A stretch of 64,000 bases of DNA from Propionibacteriaceae bacterium (GCA_032229785.1 JAVTWJ010000059.1:55713-119712); one strand, 5' to 3'. Positions 27,209 through 37,241 are shown, counted from the first letter of the stretch. Notes: generated from the sequence alone by a model not told the origin. Made by a program: numbers and translations.

Positions 27209-27284
27209 TGGTCGGGGTGACAGGACTCGAACCTGCGATCTCCTGCTCCCAAAGCAGGCGCGCTAGCCACTGCGCTACACCCCG
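27209..27284 (-). tRNA. tRNA-Pro (anticodon TGG), CCA encoded
   Basis: Manual cloverleaf: acceptor CGGGGTG/CACCCCG, D stem GCGC/GCGC, anticodon stem CCTGC/GCAGG with loop TTTGGGA, T arm GCAGG-TTCGAGT-CCTGT, discriminator A plus CCA. Confidence 0.92.
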
Positions 27285-27298
27285 CAGTGATGTCGGCG

Positions 27299-27304
27299 AG
27301 TGTA
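27299..27304 (-). promoter_or_regulatory. Putative -10 box TACACT for tRNA-Pro
   Basis: Minus strand TACACT lies 14 nt upstream of the mature tRNA 5' end. Confidence 0.35.
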
Positions 27305-27378
27305 GGGCCTTCCGTGTCCAGCCGCCGAATGCCCGTGGCGTCACCGCGTCCGGTGTGCGTCGAGCGGTGGTCACCGGG

Positions 27379-27384
27379 TAGAGT
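27379..27384 (+). promoter_or_regulatory. Putative -10 box TAGAGT for tRNA-Gly
   Basis: TAGAGT lies 20 nt upstream of the mature tRNA 5' end. Confidence 0.35.
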
Positions 27385-27404
27385 GCGGTGGCGCGCGAGC
27401 GCAC

Positions 27405-27475
27405 GCGGATGTAGCTCAATGGTAGAGCCCCAGTCTTCCAAACTGGCTACGCGGGTTCGATTCCCGTCATCCGCT
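27405..27475 (+). tRNA. tRNA-Gly (anticodon TCC)
   Basis: Manual cloverleaf: acceptor GCGGATG/CATCCGC, D stem GCTC/GAGC, anticodon stem CCAGT/ACTGG with loop CTTCCAA, T arm GCGGG-TTCGATT-CCCGT. 71 nt, CCA not encoded. Confidence 0.92.
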
Positions 27476-27516
27476 CTGTTCGTCACCGAACTGTCGAGAT
27501 CACAGGAGTCAACCAC

Positions 27517-29064
27517 GTGCCCAGCACCGTCGATCGGCTGTCCCCGTCCCGGGTCAAGCTGACCATCGAGATCCCCTTCGCTGATCTGAAGCCCCACTTG
27601 GAAAAGGCGTACTCCGACATTGCGCGCCAGGTGAACATCCCGGGCTTCCGTAAGGGCAAGGTGCCCGCAGCGATCATCGACCAGCGCTTCGGCCGCGGCG
27701 CCGTGCTGCAGGAGGCCATCAACGCCGCGCTCCCGGACGCCTACAGCGCCTCCGTCACCGAGAACGCGCTCGTGCCGCTGGGACAGCCCGACATCGACGT
27801 GACCAAGCTGGAGGACAACGACCTCATCGAGTTCACGGCGGAGGTCGACGTGCGCCCTGACTTCGAGGTGCCCGCCTTCTCGGAGCTGTCGGCGTCGGTG
27901 CCGGTGCTCGCGGTGACCGGCGACGAGGTGACCGAGCGCATCGAGATCATGCGTCAGCGCTTCGCCACCCGCATCGACAAGGACGGTGCCGCCGCCGAGG
28001 GCGACGTCGTCACGATCGACCTGGTCGCCGCGCAGGACGGCGAGGCCGTCGAGGACGGCACGGCGTCCGACCTGACCTACAAGGTCGGCTCCGGCGGCAT
28101 GCTCGAGGGCCTCGACGATGCCGTCGCCGGCAAGTCTGCCGGTGACGTGGTGACCTTCACCTCGCAGTTGGTGGGCGGGCCTGCCGAGGGTCAGCAGGCC
28201 GACATCACCGTGACCGTCACCAAGGTGCAGACGGAGACGCTGCCCGAGGTCGACGACGAGTTCGCCCAGCAGGTGTCGGAGTTCGACACGGTCGACGAGA
28301 TGATGGCCGACCTCGCCGAAGCCTCCGCCCGCGCCGCGCGTGTCGACCAGGTGAACGCCGCCAGCGACGCGATCGTGGCCGATCTGGTGGCCAAGACCGC
28401 GTTCGACCTGCCCGAGGCGATGCTGACGGCCGAGATCGCGAACCGCAAGCAGTCCATCACCGAACAGCTCGCCGGCGCCGGCTACACCCTGGAGCGCTAC
28501 CTCGAAGACACGGAAGAGGAGACGGCGGCGGACGCCGACGAGTTCTGGGAGCAGGTCGCGCAGAACGCCGAGACGTCGCTCAAGGCCCAGATCATCCTCG
28601 AGAAGGTCGCCGACGAGCGCGAAGTGGGCGTGGAGCAGGCAGACCTCACCGAGATGATCTTCCGCCGTGCCGCCAACTCGGGCAACAGCCCCGAGCAGGA
28701 GATGCAGCACATGATGGAGCACAACCACGCCGCCGAGTGGATGGGGGAGATCCGCCGAGGCAAGGTGCTGCGCATGATGGTCGATGAGGCCTCCATCACC
28801 GATGAGTCCGGCGCGCCCGTCAACGTGGCGGGCGTCCTTCCCGACGGCGGCCTCGACGAGGAGCCTTCCGCGCCGGTGGCGTCGGAGGAGGAGGCTTCCG
28901 CGCCGGCGGCGTCCGAAGAGGAGGCTTCCGCGCCGGCGGCGTCCGAGGAGGAGGCTTCCGCGCCGGCGGCGTCCGAAGAGGAGGTCGCCGAGGCGAAGGA
29001 GCCGGCCAAGAAGGCGTCCGCCAAGAAGGCAGCGAAGAAGAAGGCCGACGACGCCGCTGAGTGA
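27517..29064 (+). CDS. tig: Trigger factor with an acidic/Lys-rich repeat-containing C-terminal extension
   Basis: ORF track 515 aa, GTG start with [25 protein letters not shown]...[20 protein letters not shown]. Confidence 0.95.
   Translation: MPSTVDRLSPSRVKLTIEIPFADLKPHLEKAYSDIARQVNIPGFRKGKVPAAIIDQRFGRGAVLQEAINAALPDAYSASVTENALVPLGQPDIDVTKLEDNDLIEFTAEVDVRPDFEVPAFSELSASVPVLAVTGDEVTERIEIMRQRFATRIDKDGAAAEGDVVTIDLVAAQDGEAVEDGTASDLTYKVGSGGMLEGLDDAVAGKSAGDVVTFTSQLVGGPAEGQQADITVTVTKVQTETLPEVDDEFAQQVSEFDTVDEMMADLAEASARAARVDQVNAASDAIVADLVAKTAFDLPEAMLTAEIANRKQSITEQLAGAGYTLERYLEDTEEETAADADEFWEQVAQNAETSLKAQIILEKVADEREVGVEQADLTEMIFRRAANSGNSPEQEMQHMMEHNHAAEWMGEIRRGKVLRMMVDEASITDESGAPVNVAGVLPDGGLDEEPSAPVASEEEASAPAASEEEASAPAASEEEASAPAASEEEVAEAKEPAKKASAKKAAKKKADDAAE
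28858..28986 (+). repeat. In-frame 30-bp tandem repeat (3 full copies plus degenerate flanking copies) encoding (E)EEASAPAAS in the trigger factor tail
   Basis: Near-identical units at 28885-28914, 28915-28944 and 28945-28974 (gaRgaggaggcttccgcgccggcggcgtcc). A degenerate 27-bp copy sits at 28858-28884. Confidence 0.9.
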
Positions 29065-29083
29065 ACGCTCGAGTCATGCGTGC

Positions 29084-29118
29084 GAACGGGCCCCGGAGAT
29101 CACGTCCGGGGCCCGTTC
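29084..29118 (+). terminator. Putative intrinsic terminator after tig (13-bp perfect stem)
   Basis: GAACGGGCCCCGG-agatcacgt-CCGGGGCCCGTTC, starting 20 nt after the tig stop. No U-tract. Confidence 0.6.
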
Positions 29119-29173
29119 GTCTGCCGTCAGCGAACATCGGCGCCGACAGCTCCGAAATGTCGGACGCGGAGGG

Positions 29174-29179
29174 TAGCGT
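29174..29179 (+). promoter_or_regulatory. Putative -10 box TAGCGT, 7 nt before GTG 29187 (leaderless clpP1 start)
   Basis: TAGCGTcagcgatGTG. The upstream in-frame ATG 29157 has neither an SD nor a -10 box at the right spacing. Confidence 0.35.
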
Positions 29180-29186
29180 CAGCGAT

Positions 29187-29810
29187 GTGACTGACACCCT
29201 TCCCGGCCTGCGAGCCGCAGCCGGCGCCTCCGGCGCCGGAATGAGCGACTCGGTGTACCAGGCCCTCCTGGCCAACCGCATCGTCTTCCTCGGGTCCGAG
29301 GTGCGCGACGAGAACGCCAATGCGATCTGCGCGCAACTCCTGCTGCTCAACGCAGAAGACCCCGAGAAAGACATCTACCTCTACATCAACAGCCCCGGCG
29401 GCTCCGTCACGGCGGGCATGGCGATCTTCGACACCATGCAGTGGATCAGCAACGACGTCGCCACCGTCGCGATGGGCCTGGCGGCGTCCATGGGGCAGTT
29501 CCTGCTCAGCGCCGGCACCCAGGGCAAGCGGTACGCCCTGCCGCACGCCCGCATCATGATGCACCAGCCGTCCGGCGGCCTGGGCGGCACGGCGTCCGAC
29601 ATCAAGATCCTCGCCGAGCAGATCATCGCCACGAAGAAAGAGATGGCCGAGCTCATCGCCGAGCACACCGGCCAGGCCGTCGAACAGATCGAGGCCGATT
29701 CCGATCGCGACCGCTGGTTCACCGCCGCGCAGGCGCTCGAGTACGGGTTCATCGATCACGTCTACGAGCGCGCCGCGCAGATCGCCAGCCACGACGCCCC
29801 GAACCAGTGA
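29187..29810 (+). CDS. clpP1: ATP-dependent Clp protease proteolytic subunit ClpP1
   Basis: In ORF 29061..29810. [24 protein letters not shown]...[15 protein letters not shown]...[11 protein letters not shown]...MMHQPSGG...[22 protein letters not shown]. Start is uncertain: GTG 29187 is preferred, alternatives are ATG 29157 and ATG 29241. Confidence 0.9.
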   Translation: MTDTLPGLRAAAGASGAGMSDSVYQALLANRIVFLGSEVRDENANAICAQLLLLNAEDPEKDIYLYINSPGGSVTAGMAIFDTMQWISNDVATVAMGLAASMGQFLLSAGTQGKRYALPHARIMMHQPSGGLGGTASDIKILAEQIIATKKEMAELIAEHTGQAVEQIEADSDRDRWFTAAQALEYGFIDHVYERAAQIASHDAPNQ

Positions 29811-29821
29811 GGAACGTAAGC

Positions 29822-30469
29822 ATGCAGAGCACTCTCGGCATCGGCGGCACGGCGCCCGCCGGTGCGTCGATGGACTACTACATCCCGCAGTGGGAGGAGC
29901 GCACCAGCTACGGCGTCCGGCGCGTGGACCCCTACACCAAGCTGTTCGAGGACCGGATCATCTTCCTGGGCACCCCGATCAGCGACGACATCGCCAACGC
30001 GGTGATGGCGCAGTTGCTGTGCCTGCAGTCGATGGATCCCGAACGACCGATCTCCATGTACATCAACAGCCCCGGCGGCTCGTTCACGGCGCTCACGGCG
30101 ATCTACGACACGATGCAGTACATCAAGCCCGACGTGTCGACGGTCTGCCTGGGTCAGGCGGCGTCCGCCGCCGCCGTGCTGCTCGCGGCCGGCACCAAAG
30201 GCAAGCGGTTCGCGCTGCCGAACAGTCGCATCCTGATCCACCAGCCGGCCACCGAGGGCGGTTACGGGCAGGGCTCCGACCTCGAGATCCAGGCGCGCGA
30301 GATCCTGCGGATCCGCTCGCTGATGGAGCAGATGCTCGCCGACGACACCGGCCAGAGCGTCGAGCAGATCAGCCGCGACATCGAACGCGACAAGTACCTG
30401 ACGGCCGCCGAGGCACTCGAGTACGGTCTGATCGACGAGATCTTCACCTCGCTGAAAGACCCTCGCTGA
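29822..30469 (+). CDS. clpP2: ATP-dependent Clp protease proteolytic subunit ClpP2
   Basis: ATG 29822 in ORF 29441..30469, with GAGGAA SD upstream. RIIFLGTPISDDIANAVMAQLLCL...[22 protein letters not shown]...GQAASAAAVLLAAG...LIHQP. Confidence 0.93.
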   Translation: MQSTLGIGGTAPAGASMDYYIPQWEERTSYGVRRVDPYTKLFEDRIIFLGTPISDDIANAVMAQLLCLQSMDPERPISMYINSPGGSFTALTAIYDTMQYIKPDVSTVCLGQAASAAAVLLAAGTKGKRFALPNSRILIHQPATEGGYGQGSDLEIQAREILRIRSLMEQMLADDTGQSVEQISRDIERDKYLTAAEALEYGLIDEIFTSLKDPR

Positions 30470-30500
30470 CGCGGCCGCGTCGGTGAAGAAGGAGTAAGAG

Positions 30501-31787
30501 ATGGCCCGGATCGGTGAGACATCGGATCTACTGAAGTGCTCGTTCTGCGGCAAGAGCCAAAAGCAGGTGCGCAAGTTGATCGCCGGTCCGGGCGTCTACA
30601 TCTGCGACGAGTGCATCGAGTTGTGCAACGAGATCATCGAGGAGGAGTTCTCCGAAGCCACCGACGCAGGTCTCCTCGAAGACCTGCCCAAGCCGCGTGA
30701 CATCGTCGCGTTCCTCGACTCGTACGTCATCGGGCAGCCGCTCGCCAAGAAGGCCCTCGCCGTCGCCGTGTACAACCACTACAAGCGGGTGCAGGCGCAG
30801 GCAAGCAGCCCGCGCCGCGCCGCCGACGACGAGATCGTGGAACTCGGCAAGTCGAACATCCTGCTGATCGGTCCCACCGGATGCGGCAAGACGTACCTCG
30901 CCCAGACCCTCGCCCGCATGCTCAATGTGCCGTTCGCGATGGCGGACGCCACGGCGCTCACCGAGGCCGGCTACGTGGGCGAAGACGTCGAGAACATCCT
31001 GCTCAAGTTGCTGCAGGCCGCCGACTTCGACGTGAAGAAGGCCGAGACGGGCATCATCTACATCGACGAGATCGACAAGGTGGCCCGAAAGTCCGAGAAT
31101 CCGTCGATCACCCGCGACGTGTCCGGCGAGGGCGTCCAGCAGGCGCTGTTGAAGATCCTCGAGGGCACCACCGCGTCCGTGCCGCCGCAGGGCGGGCGCA
31201 AGCACCCGCACCAGGAGTTCATCCAGATCGACACGACGAACATCCTTTTCATCGTGGGCGGCGCCTTCGCCGGGCTGGAAGAGATCATCAACGCCCGGGT
31301 CGGAAAGCGCCCGCTCGGCTTCAACAACGACCTCGCGCTGCGCCGGGCCGACGGCGGCAACCCGTTCGAAGACGTCCGCCCCGAAGACCTGCACAAGTTC
31401 GGGCTCATCCCGGAGTTCATCGGACGCCTTCCGATGATCTCCACGGTGAACCCACTCGACCGCGACGCCATGAGGCGCATCCTCGTCGAGCCGCGCAACG
31501 CGCTCACCAAGCAGTTCCGCAAGCTGTTCGAGTTGGACGGCGTCGACCTCGAGTTCACCGACGAGGCGATCGATGCGATCGCCGACCTCGCGCTCGAGCG
31601 CGGCATCGGCGCTCGTGGCCTGCGCTCGATCCTCGAAGAGATTCTGCTCAACGTCATGTACCACGTGCCGTCCGACGACAAGGTCGGGCAGGTCGTGGTG
31701 ACCGCCGAGGTGGTCCGCGACGGCAGCGAGCCCCGCATGCTTCCGCGCGCGGTGACCCCCCGGACGCGGCGCACCCGTTCCGCCTGA
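30501..31787 (+). CDS. clpX: ATP-dependent Clp protease ATP-binding subunit ClpX
   Basis: ORF track 428 aa. Zinc-binding N-terminus [30 protein letters not shown]. Walker [20 protein letters not shown] upstream. Confidence 0.96.
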   Translation: MARIGETSDLLKCSFCGKSQKQVRKLIAGPGVYICDECIELCNEIIEEEFSEATDAGLLEDLPKPRDIVAFLDSYVIGQPLAKKALAVAVYNHYKRVQAQASSPRRAADDEIVELGKSNILLIGPTGCGKTYLAQTLARMLNVPFAMADATALTEAGYVGEDVENILLKLLQAADFDVKKAETGIIYIDEIDKVARKSENPSITRDVSGEGVQQALLKILEGTTASVPPQGGRKHPHQEFIQIDTTNILFIVGGAFAGLEEIINARVGKRPLGFNNDLALRRADGGNPFEDVRPEDLHKFGLIPEFIGRLPMISTVNPLDRDAMRRILVEPRNALTKQFRKLFELDGVDLEFTDEAIDAIADLALERGIGARGLRSILEEILLNVMYHVPSDDKVGQVVVTAEVVRDGSEPRMLPRAVTPRTRRTRSA

Positions 31788-31799
31788 ACTCAGGCGGAA
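31778..31799. terminator. Hairpin between convergent clpX and valS (9-bp stem TTCCGCCTG/CAGGCGGAA, loop AACT)
   Basis: Read directly from the sequence. Overlaps the clpX stop codon. It is the only structure in the 36-nt convergent gap. Confidence 0.45.
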
Positions 31800-31823
31800 C
31801 GGCTGCGGGCTTCCGCGCGGGAG

Positions 31824-34412
31824 CTACTGCGTCGGGATCGTGAGTTCGGCCGACACGGACACCGCGTCAGCGAGCGACCACTCCAGTGGCGTCGTGATCC
31901 GGCCCACCGCACGCAGGTCGGCCTCGGTCGTCCGCAGGCGTGCGAGGCTGGCGTCCGGTCCGCTGATCGTCGCCGAGGCGATCTCCGTCTTCATCGACAC
32001 CTTGGCGTGGGACTTCGCACCGCGGATGCCGATCAGGCTGGCGGAGACGTCGTCCAGCAGCGCCGCGTCGCCGCCGTCGGGCAGTTCGGTGGCGACCGGC
32101 CAGGACGCATGATGCACCGAGCCTGCCCGCCACCACGACCACACCTCTTCGGTCACGAACGGCATGAACGGCGCGAACAGGCGCAGCTGAACGTCCAGGG
32201 CCAGTGCCAACCCGGCCCGGGCGGACGCCGCGGCGTCCGGCCCCTGCGAACCGTACGCGCGCTCCTTGACCAGTTCGAGGTAGTCGTCGCAGAACGTCCA
32301 GAAGAACCGCTCGGCGGACTCGAGTGCGCTGGAGTAGTCGAACCCCTCGAAGGCCTTCGTCGCCTGCCCGACCACGTCGGCCAGCGCCGCGAGCATCGCC
32401 AGGTCGACCGGCGCGGTGATGGCGGACGCCTCCGGCTCGGCCCCTTCCGCACCGGCGGCGCCCAGCACGAACTTGGACGCGTTGAGGATCTTCATCGCGA
32501 GGCGGCGCCCGACCTTCATCTGGGTCTCATCGAACGGCGAGTCCATGCCCGGGCGGGCCATCGCGGCGCGCCAGCGGACCGCGTCCGCGCCGAACCTGTC
32601 GAGGATCTCGGTCGGCACCACCACGTTGCCCTTGGACTTGCTCATCTTCTTGCGGTCGGGATCGACCACGAAGCCCGAGATGGTCGCCCGCGCCCACGGC
32701 AGGCAGTCGTGCTCCAGATGGGAGCGGACCACCCGGCTGAACAGCCAGGTGCGGATGATGTCGTGGGCCTGCGGGGCGATGTCCATCGGGAAGGTGAGCC
32801 GCCACAGCTCCTCGTCGGATCCCCAGCCGCACGCGATCTGCGGGGTCAGGGAGGAGGTGGCCCAGGTGTCCATGATGTCGGGGTCGCCGACGAACCCGCC
32901 CGGCACGCCGCGCTGTTCCTCGGTGTAACCGGGGGCCGGCTCCGATGCGGGATCCACCGGAAGGGACGCCTCGTCGGCGACGATCGGGTGGTCGTAATCG
33001 GGATTGCCCTCGGCGTCCACCGGGTACCAGATCGGGAACGGGACGCCGAAGAAGCGCTGGCGGCTGACCAGCCAGTCGCCGTTCAGGCCGTTGACCCAGT
33101 TCGAGTAGCGGTGCCGCATGTGGTCGGGCGTCCACGCCAGCTCCTCGCCGCGCGCCAGCAACTGGGCACGGAGCGCCTCGTCGCGTCCGCCGTTGCCGAT
33201 GTACCACTGGCGGGTCGACACGATCTCGAGCGGCTTGTCGCCCTTCTCGTAGAAGTTCGCCATGCGCTGGGTCGGCTTCGGCTCCCCGTCGAGGTCGCCC
33301 GCCTCCCGCAGCAGGCCGACCATCGCCTCGCGCGCGCTGAACGTCGTCTTGCCCGCCAGCGCCGCGTACGGCTCGGCGTTGGCCAGCCATTCGGGGGCCT
33401 CGCGCTGGAGGCGTCCGTCACGCTGCAGCACCACGCGGGTCGGCAGGTGGAGCTCGCGCCACCACTGCACGTCGGTGAGGTCGCCGAAGGTGCAGCACAT
33501 CGCGATGCCGGCGCCCTTGTCCTTCTCGGCGGCGTGGTGCGCCAGCACCGGGATCTCGACGCCGAACACCGGGGAGGTCACGGTCGTGCCGAACAGCGGC
33601 TGGTAGCGCTCGTCGTCGGGGTGCGCGATCAGCGCGCACACGCTCGGGATCAGCTCGGGACGCGTGGTCTCGATGTACACCGGCGCTTCGGGGCCGTGGA
33701 ACGCCACCCGGTAGTAGTGCCCCGGGTACTCGCGGGCCTCGAGCTCGGCCTGGGCGACGGCGGTCTGGAACGTGACGTCCCACATCGTCGGGGCCTCGGA
33801 CAGGTACGCCTCTCCGCGGGCGAGATTGTGCAGGAACGCGCGTTGCGCGACCCGCTGTGAGGCGTCCGAGATCGTCGCGTAGAGCGTGTCCCAATCCACC
33901 GACAGCCCGAGGTGCCGCCACAGATCCTCGAACACCTGCTCGTCGACCGCGGTCAGCTCGTGACACAGCTCGATGAAGTTGCGGCGGCTGATCGCGATCT
34001 GCCGCTTCGGGTCGGGCTTGGCCGGGGGGGTGAAGTCCGGATCGTACGGCACGGACGGGTCGCAGCGGACGCCGTAGAAGTTCTGCACCCTGCGTTCGGT
34101 CGGCAGCCCGTTGTCGTCCCAGCCCATCGGGTAGAACACGTGCTTGCCGGTCATCCGCTGGTAGCGGGCGATCAGGTCGGTGTGGGTGTAGCTGAACACG
34201 TGACCCACGTGCAGCGAGCCGGACACGGTGGGCGGCGGGGTGTCGATGCTGAAGACCTGATCGCGGCACTCGGGCCGCACGAACGCGTACGTACCCTGCG
34301 CCTTCCACGCTTTCGCCCAGCGATCCTCCAGCCCCTCCAGCACCGGGCGCTCGGGTACGACCCACCCGGAGGGGGACGACGCGGGCGTGCTGGCAGGAGG
34401 CTGAGCGATCAT
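31824..34412 (-). CDS. valS: Valine--tRNA ligase
   Basis: ORF track 862 aa. HIGH-type motif ([12 protein letters not shown]) and KMSKS present. Confidence 0.96.
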   Translation of the reverse strand: MIAQPPASTPASSPSGWVVPERPVLEGLEDRWAKAWKAQGTYAFVRPECRDQVFSIDTPPPTVSGSLHVGHVFSYTHTDLIARYQRMTGKHVFYPMGWDDNGLPTERRVQNFYGVRCDPSVPYDPDFTPPAKPDPKRQIAISRRNFIELCHELTAVDEQVFEDLWRHLGLSVDWDTLYATISDASQRVAQRAFLHNLARGEAYLSEAPTMWDVTFQTAVAQAELEAREYPGHYYRVAFHGPEAPVYIETTRPELIPSVCALIAHPDDERYQPLFGTTVTSPVFGVEIPVLAHHAAEKDKGAGIAMCCTFGDLTDVQWWRELHLPTRVVLQRDGRLQREAPEWLANAEPYAALAGKTTFSAREAMVGLLREAGDLDGEPKPTQRMANFYEKGDKPLEIVSTRQWYIGNGGRDEALRAQLLARGEELAWTPDHMRHRYSNWVNGLNGDWLVSRQRFFGVPFPIWYPVDAEGNPDYDHPIVADEASLPVDPASEPAPGYTEEQRGVPGGFVGDPDIMDTWATSSLTPQIACGWGSDEELWRLTFPMDIAPQAHDIIRTWLFSRVVRSHLEHDCLPWARATISGFVVDPDRKKMSKSKGNVVVPTEILDRFGADAVRWRAAMARPGMDSPFDETQMKVGRRLAMKILNASKFVLGAAGAEGAEPEASAITAPVDLAMLAALADVVGQATKAFEGFDYSSALESAERFFWTFCDDYLELVKERAYGSQGPDAAASARAGLALALDVQLRLFAPFMPFVTEEVWSWWRAGSVHHASWPVATELPDGGDAALLDDVSASLIGIRGAKSHAKVSMKTEIASATISGPDASLARLRTTEADLRAVGRITTPLEWSLADAVSVSAELTIPTQ

Positions 34413-34419
34413 GCGGGCG

Positions 34420-34425
34420 ATTTTA
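34420..34425 (-). promoter_or_regulatory. Putative -10 box TAAAAT, 7 nt before valS ATG 34412 (leaderless)
   Basis: Minus strand reads TAAAATcgcccgcATG, no SD. Confidence 0.45.
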
Positions 34426-34466
34426 CCGGTGCGGACGCCCGGGGCTCACCTCGGTCCGACGGGTGC

Positions 34467-35243
34467 TCAGGCGGCGGCCTTCAGCGCGGCGAGCAGCGCG
34501 TCCGGCGTGGTGGGCAGGGCCTGCCAGTTCGCCGTCTTGCCGTTCACGTGCACCGTCGGCGTGCTGCTGACCTGGTCGTCGTAGGCGGCCTTGGCCACCG
34601 CTTCCACGAAGTCGGACGTGGCGCTGGTCGACACGCAGCCCTGGAACTCGGTGAGTGCCTCGCCGGTGAGCCCGATCGCCTGCGGGATGGCCGTGTTCAG
34701 CAGCTCGTCGCTGTACCCGATCGAGCCAGCGATCTCCTCGGCGGCCTGATTGGCGAACACCGCGGAGTTGTAGGCGGGGTAGACCCCGACCTGGTCGGAG
34801 CAGGCGGCGGCGCGCGCGGCCCGGCTGGACGCGGTGTTGCGCATGTTGTTGTCCATGAACGTCATGGTGCGGTTGACCAGCGTGATCTCACCGGCCTGGG
34901 CGAGCTCGTTCAGCGCGGGCCCGTTGCGGGTCTCCAACTCGCGGCAGTAGGGGCACTGATAGTCGAAGAACACCTCGACGGTGGGCGCACCGTCGGCCAC
35001 CTGGCCCGAGGTTGCGGGGATCTGGATCCCGTTGAGCGCGGCGCTCGCGTTCGGCGGGGTCAGCTGCGTGCCCTTGGCGCCACCGCGGCTGGAGCTGACC
35101 AGGGCGAACACCAGGATGCCGACGAGGACGACCGCCAGGACGCCCACCACGATGGCCACGATGCGTTGGGTGCGCTTGACTTTTGCGGCGGCCTCCTGCT
35201 GGCGGCGCAACTGCTCACGTCGGTTGGATGCGTGACTGCTCAT
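34467..35243 (-). CDS. Membrane-anchored DsbA/thioredoxin-fold protein (CPYC active site)
   Basis: ATG 35243 in ORF 34467..36671 (258 aa). N-terminal TM IVAIVVGVLAVVLVGILVFALV, then VEVFFDYQCPYCRELE. Confidence 0.8.
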   Translation of the reverse strand: MSSHASNRREQLRRQQEAAAKVKRTQRIVAIVVGVLAVVLVGILVFALVSSSRGGAKGTQLTPPNASAALNGIQIPATSGQVADGAPTVEVFFDYQCPYCRELETRNGPALNELAQAGEITLVNRTMTFMDNNMRNTASSRAARAAACSDQVGVYPAYNSAVFANQAAEEIAGSIGYSDELLNTAIPQAIGLTGEALTEFQGCVSTSATSDFVEAVAKAAYDDQVSSTPTVHVNGKTANWQALPTTPDALLAALKAAA

Positions 35244-35812
35244 CGTGCTGGTAGCTCCTCGGCTGCGTGGTCGTCGGTCAGGGAGGCGAAATCGGGATCG
35301 GCCGGGGCGGCGAACAGGCGCCCGTCGACCGAGAAGGGGCTGCGCGGGAACAGCACGAGCCAGACGCCGGCGGCCGCCAGGCCGATGTCGCGGGCGATCT
35401 CCCACGGGTAGGCGGCCTTCGCCACCTCGGGGTCGATCACGCCGCCGCCGCCGAAGCAGCCGCAGTCCAGGCTCAGGCCGCGGGCCCACGCCGACGCGAT
35501 CCCGGCCGCGAACACGAGCATCAGCAGCGCCCCGAGGGCACCCGAGACCCGGGTGAACGTGCCGGTGATCAGGGCGAGCCCGAGCGCGATCTCGGCGAGC
35601 GGAAGCGCGTAGCCTACGAGCTCCGTGAGCTCGTAGGGCAGGATCAGGTAGGCGCGCACCGCCACCACCGACTCGCCGAGAGCCCCCACCTTGAGGCCGC
35701 CGGCGGCGAGTAGGACGCCACCGAGCAGCAGTCGCGCGAGCAGGCTGACCCATTCGCGCGCAGAACTCGACTTCCGCACAGGGCGGCCGACGATGGTCGA
35801 GGCAGTAGGCAC
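35240..35812 (-). CDS. MauE/DoxX family membrane protein (CGCFGGGG motif)
   Basis: GTG 35812 in ORF 35240..35941, with a TATCGT box 7 nt upstream. Four TM segments. LSLDCGCFGGGG. Stop overlaps the start of the DsbA-like gene (ATGA). Confidence 0.7.
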   Translation of the reverse strand: MPTASTIVGRPVRKSSSAREWVSLLARLLLGGVLLAAGGLKVGALGESVVAVRAYLILPYELTELVGYALPLAEIALGLALITGTFTRVSGALGALLMLVFAAGIASAWARGLSLDCGCFGGGGVIDPEVAKAAYPWEIARDIGLAAAGVWLVLFPRSPFSVDGRLFAAPADPDFASLTDDHAAEELPAR

Positions 35813-35819
35813 GGGCCCT

Positions 35820-35825
35820 ACGATA
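35820..35825 (-). promoter_or_regulatory. Putative -10 box TATCGT, 7 nt before GTG 35812 (leaderless)
   Basis: Minus strand reads TATCGTagggcccGTG. Confidence 0.35.
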
Positions 35826-35867
35826 CCCGGGCTGCGTGACAGCGGGCGCGCCCGACTCGGCCGCGGG

Positions 35868-35873
35868 TAGGCT
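35868..35873 (+). promoter_or_regulatory. Putative -10 box TAGGCT, 9 nt before folC ATG 35883 (leaderless or very short leader)
   Basis: TAGGCTggtgggaccATG, no SD. Confidence 0.3.
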
Positions 35874-35882
35874 GGTGGGACC

Positions 35883-37241
35883 ATGACGACCCACGCCGAC
35901 ATCGCGCGCGCCTTGCAGGCGCGCTGGCCCGAACACCGCATCGCACCCGGTCTGGCTCGCGTGCAAGCGCTCGCCGACCTGCTGGGCGCTCCGCAGCGCG
36001 GCTATCCGGTGATCCAGATCGCCGGCACCAACGGCAAGGGCTCGACCGCCCTGATGGTCGACGCGCTGCTGCGCGCGCTCAACCTGCGGGTGGGCCGGAT
36101 CGCGTCCCCGCACCTGACCGACCTGACCGAGCGCGTCTGCATCGACGGCGAGCCGATGGACGCCGACGCGTTCGACGCCCTCGTCGGCGACGTGATGCCG
36201 CTGGTCGAGATCGTCGACGCCGAGCGCCATGACGGCGTCTCGATGACCTTCTTCGAGGTCATGACCGTTCTCGCGTTCGAGGCGTTCGCGCAGGCACCGG
36301 TCGACGTGGCCGTCGTCGAGGTCGGGCTGGGCGGCATCACCGACGCCACCAACATCGCGGACGCCGACGTGGCCGTCATCGGCCCCATCGATCTGGACCA
36401 CACGCACCTGCTCGGCGACACCATCGCCGGCATCGCCGCCGAGAAGGCGGGCATCATCAAGCCCGGATCGGTCGTCGTCACGGCCGCCCAGCACCCGGAC
36501 GCCGACGCGGCGATCGCCGCGCGGGCCGCCGAGGTGGGCGCGCGCGTCCTTCGCGAGGGCGTCGACTTCGCCCTCATCGACCGCCTGCCCGCCGTCGGCG
36601 GTCAGGTCATCCGCGTCGACACGGCCGCCGGCCCGGTCGGCGACCTGATGCTGCCGGTGCACGGCGAGCACATGGCGCGCAACGCCGCCCTCGCGGTGGC
36701 CGCGGTCGAGGCGCTCCTGGGTGGTCGCCCCCTTCCGCCGGACGCCCTCCTCGACGGACTGGCCGAGGTCGTCGCACCCGCCCGTCTGGAGTTGGTGCGC
36801 TCAACCCCCCCGATCGTGCTGGACACCTGCCACAACGTGCACGCGGTCCGGGCGACGCTGGCGGGGCTGGCCGAGGCGTACGGGTTCGCTCCGCTGATCG
36901 CGGTGGTCGGCCTGATGCGCGACAAGGACGTCGAGGGCGTCCTGGAGTTGCTCGCCGACGACGTCACCACGTTCGTGTGCACCCAGGTCGCCTCCACCGA
37001 CCGCGGGCTGCCCGCCGAGGAACTGGGGGAGCTGGCCGCCGAGGCGGTCGGAGAGGACCGCGTCCACGTCCGCGTCGCGCTGCCCGACGCGCTCGAGTTG
37101 GCGGTGCAGCTGGCCGACGACGCCGGTCCGGGCGCCGGCATCCTGGTCGCGGGATCGGTCATCCTCGCTGGCGAGGCGCGCACGCTGCTGGTCCGCGAGC
37201 GGGCCCGGGCGGACGCCGAGGCGCACCAGGAGTCGCGATGA
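35883..37241 (+). CDS. folC: Bifunctional folylpolyglutamate synthase / dihydrofolate synthase
   Basis: ORF track 452 aa. P-loop IAGTNGKGSTA, Mur-ligase-type fold motifs. Confidence 0.92.
   Translation: MTTHADIARALQARWPEHRIAPGLARVQALADLLGAPQRGYPVIQIAGTNGKGSTALMVDALLRALNLRVGRIASPHLTDLTERVCIDGEPMDADAFDALVGDVMPLVEIVDAERHDGVSMTFFEVMTVLAFEAFAQAPVDVAVVEVGLGGITDATNIADADVAVIGPIDLDHTHLLGDTIAGIAAEKAGIIKPGSVVVTAAQHPDADAAIAARAAEVGARVLREGVDFALIDRLPAVGGQVIRVDTAAGPVGDLMLPVHGEHMARNAALAVAAVEALLGGRPLPPDALLDGLAEVVAPARLELVRSTPPIVLDTCHNVHAVRATLAGLAEAYGFAPLIAVVGLMRDKDVEGVLELLADDVTTFVCTQVASTDRGLPAEELGELAAEAVGEDRVHVRVALPDALELAVQLADDAGPGAGILVAGSVILAGEARTLLVRERARADAEAHQESR

Noticed and set aside
27185-27520. tRNA-Pro / tRNA-Gly pair examined as an integration site for a genomic island or prophage
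   Set aside because: No integrase, recombinase, transposase or direct repeat of a tRNA 3' end was found within several kb on either side. Only the small palindrome-bracketed VOC segment is unusual, and it is reported separately.
27130-28728. 532-aa minus-strand ORF opposite trigger factor
   Set aside because: It is antisense to tig and has no recognisable motifs. Its 3' part merely reads through the tRNA and palindromic-element region.
28858-28986. Regular ~30-bp repeats considered as a possible CRISPR array
   Set aside because: The repeats are contiguous with no spacers, lie in frame inside tig, and encode an [10 protein letters not shown] peptide repeat.
34467-36671. 734-aa minus-strand ORF
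   Set aside because: Only the C-terminal 258 aa (the DsbA-like protein) is real. The remainder is antisense to folC and out of frame with the DoxX-like gene.
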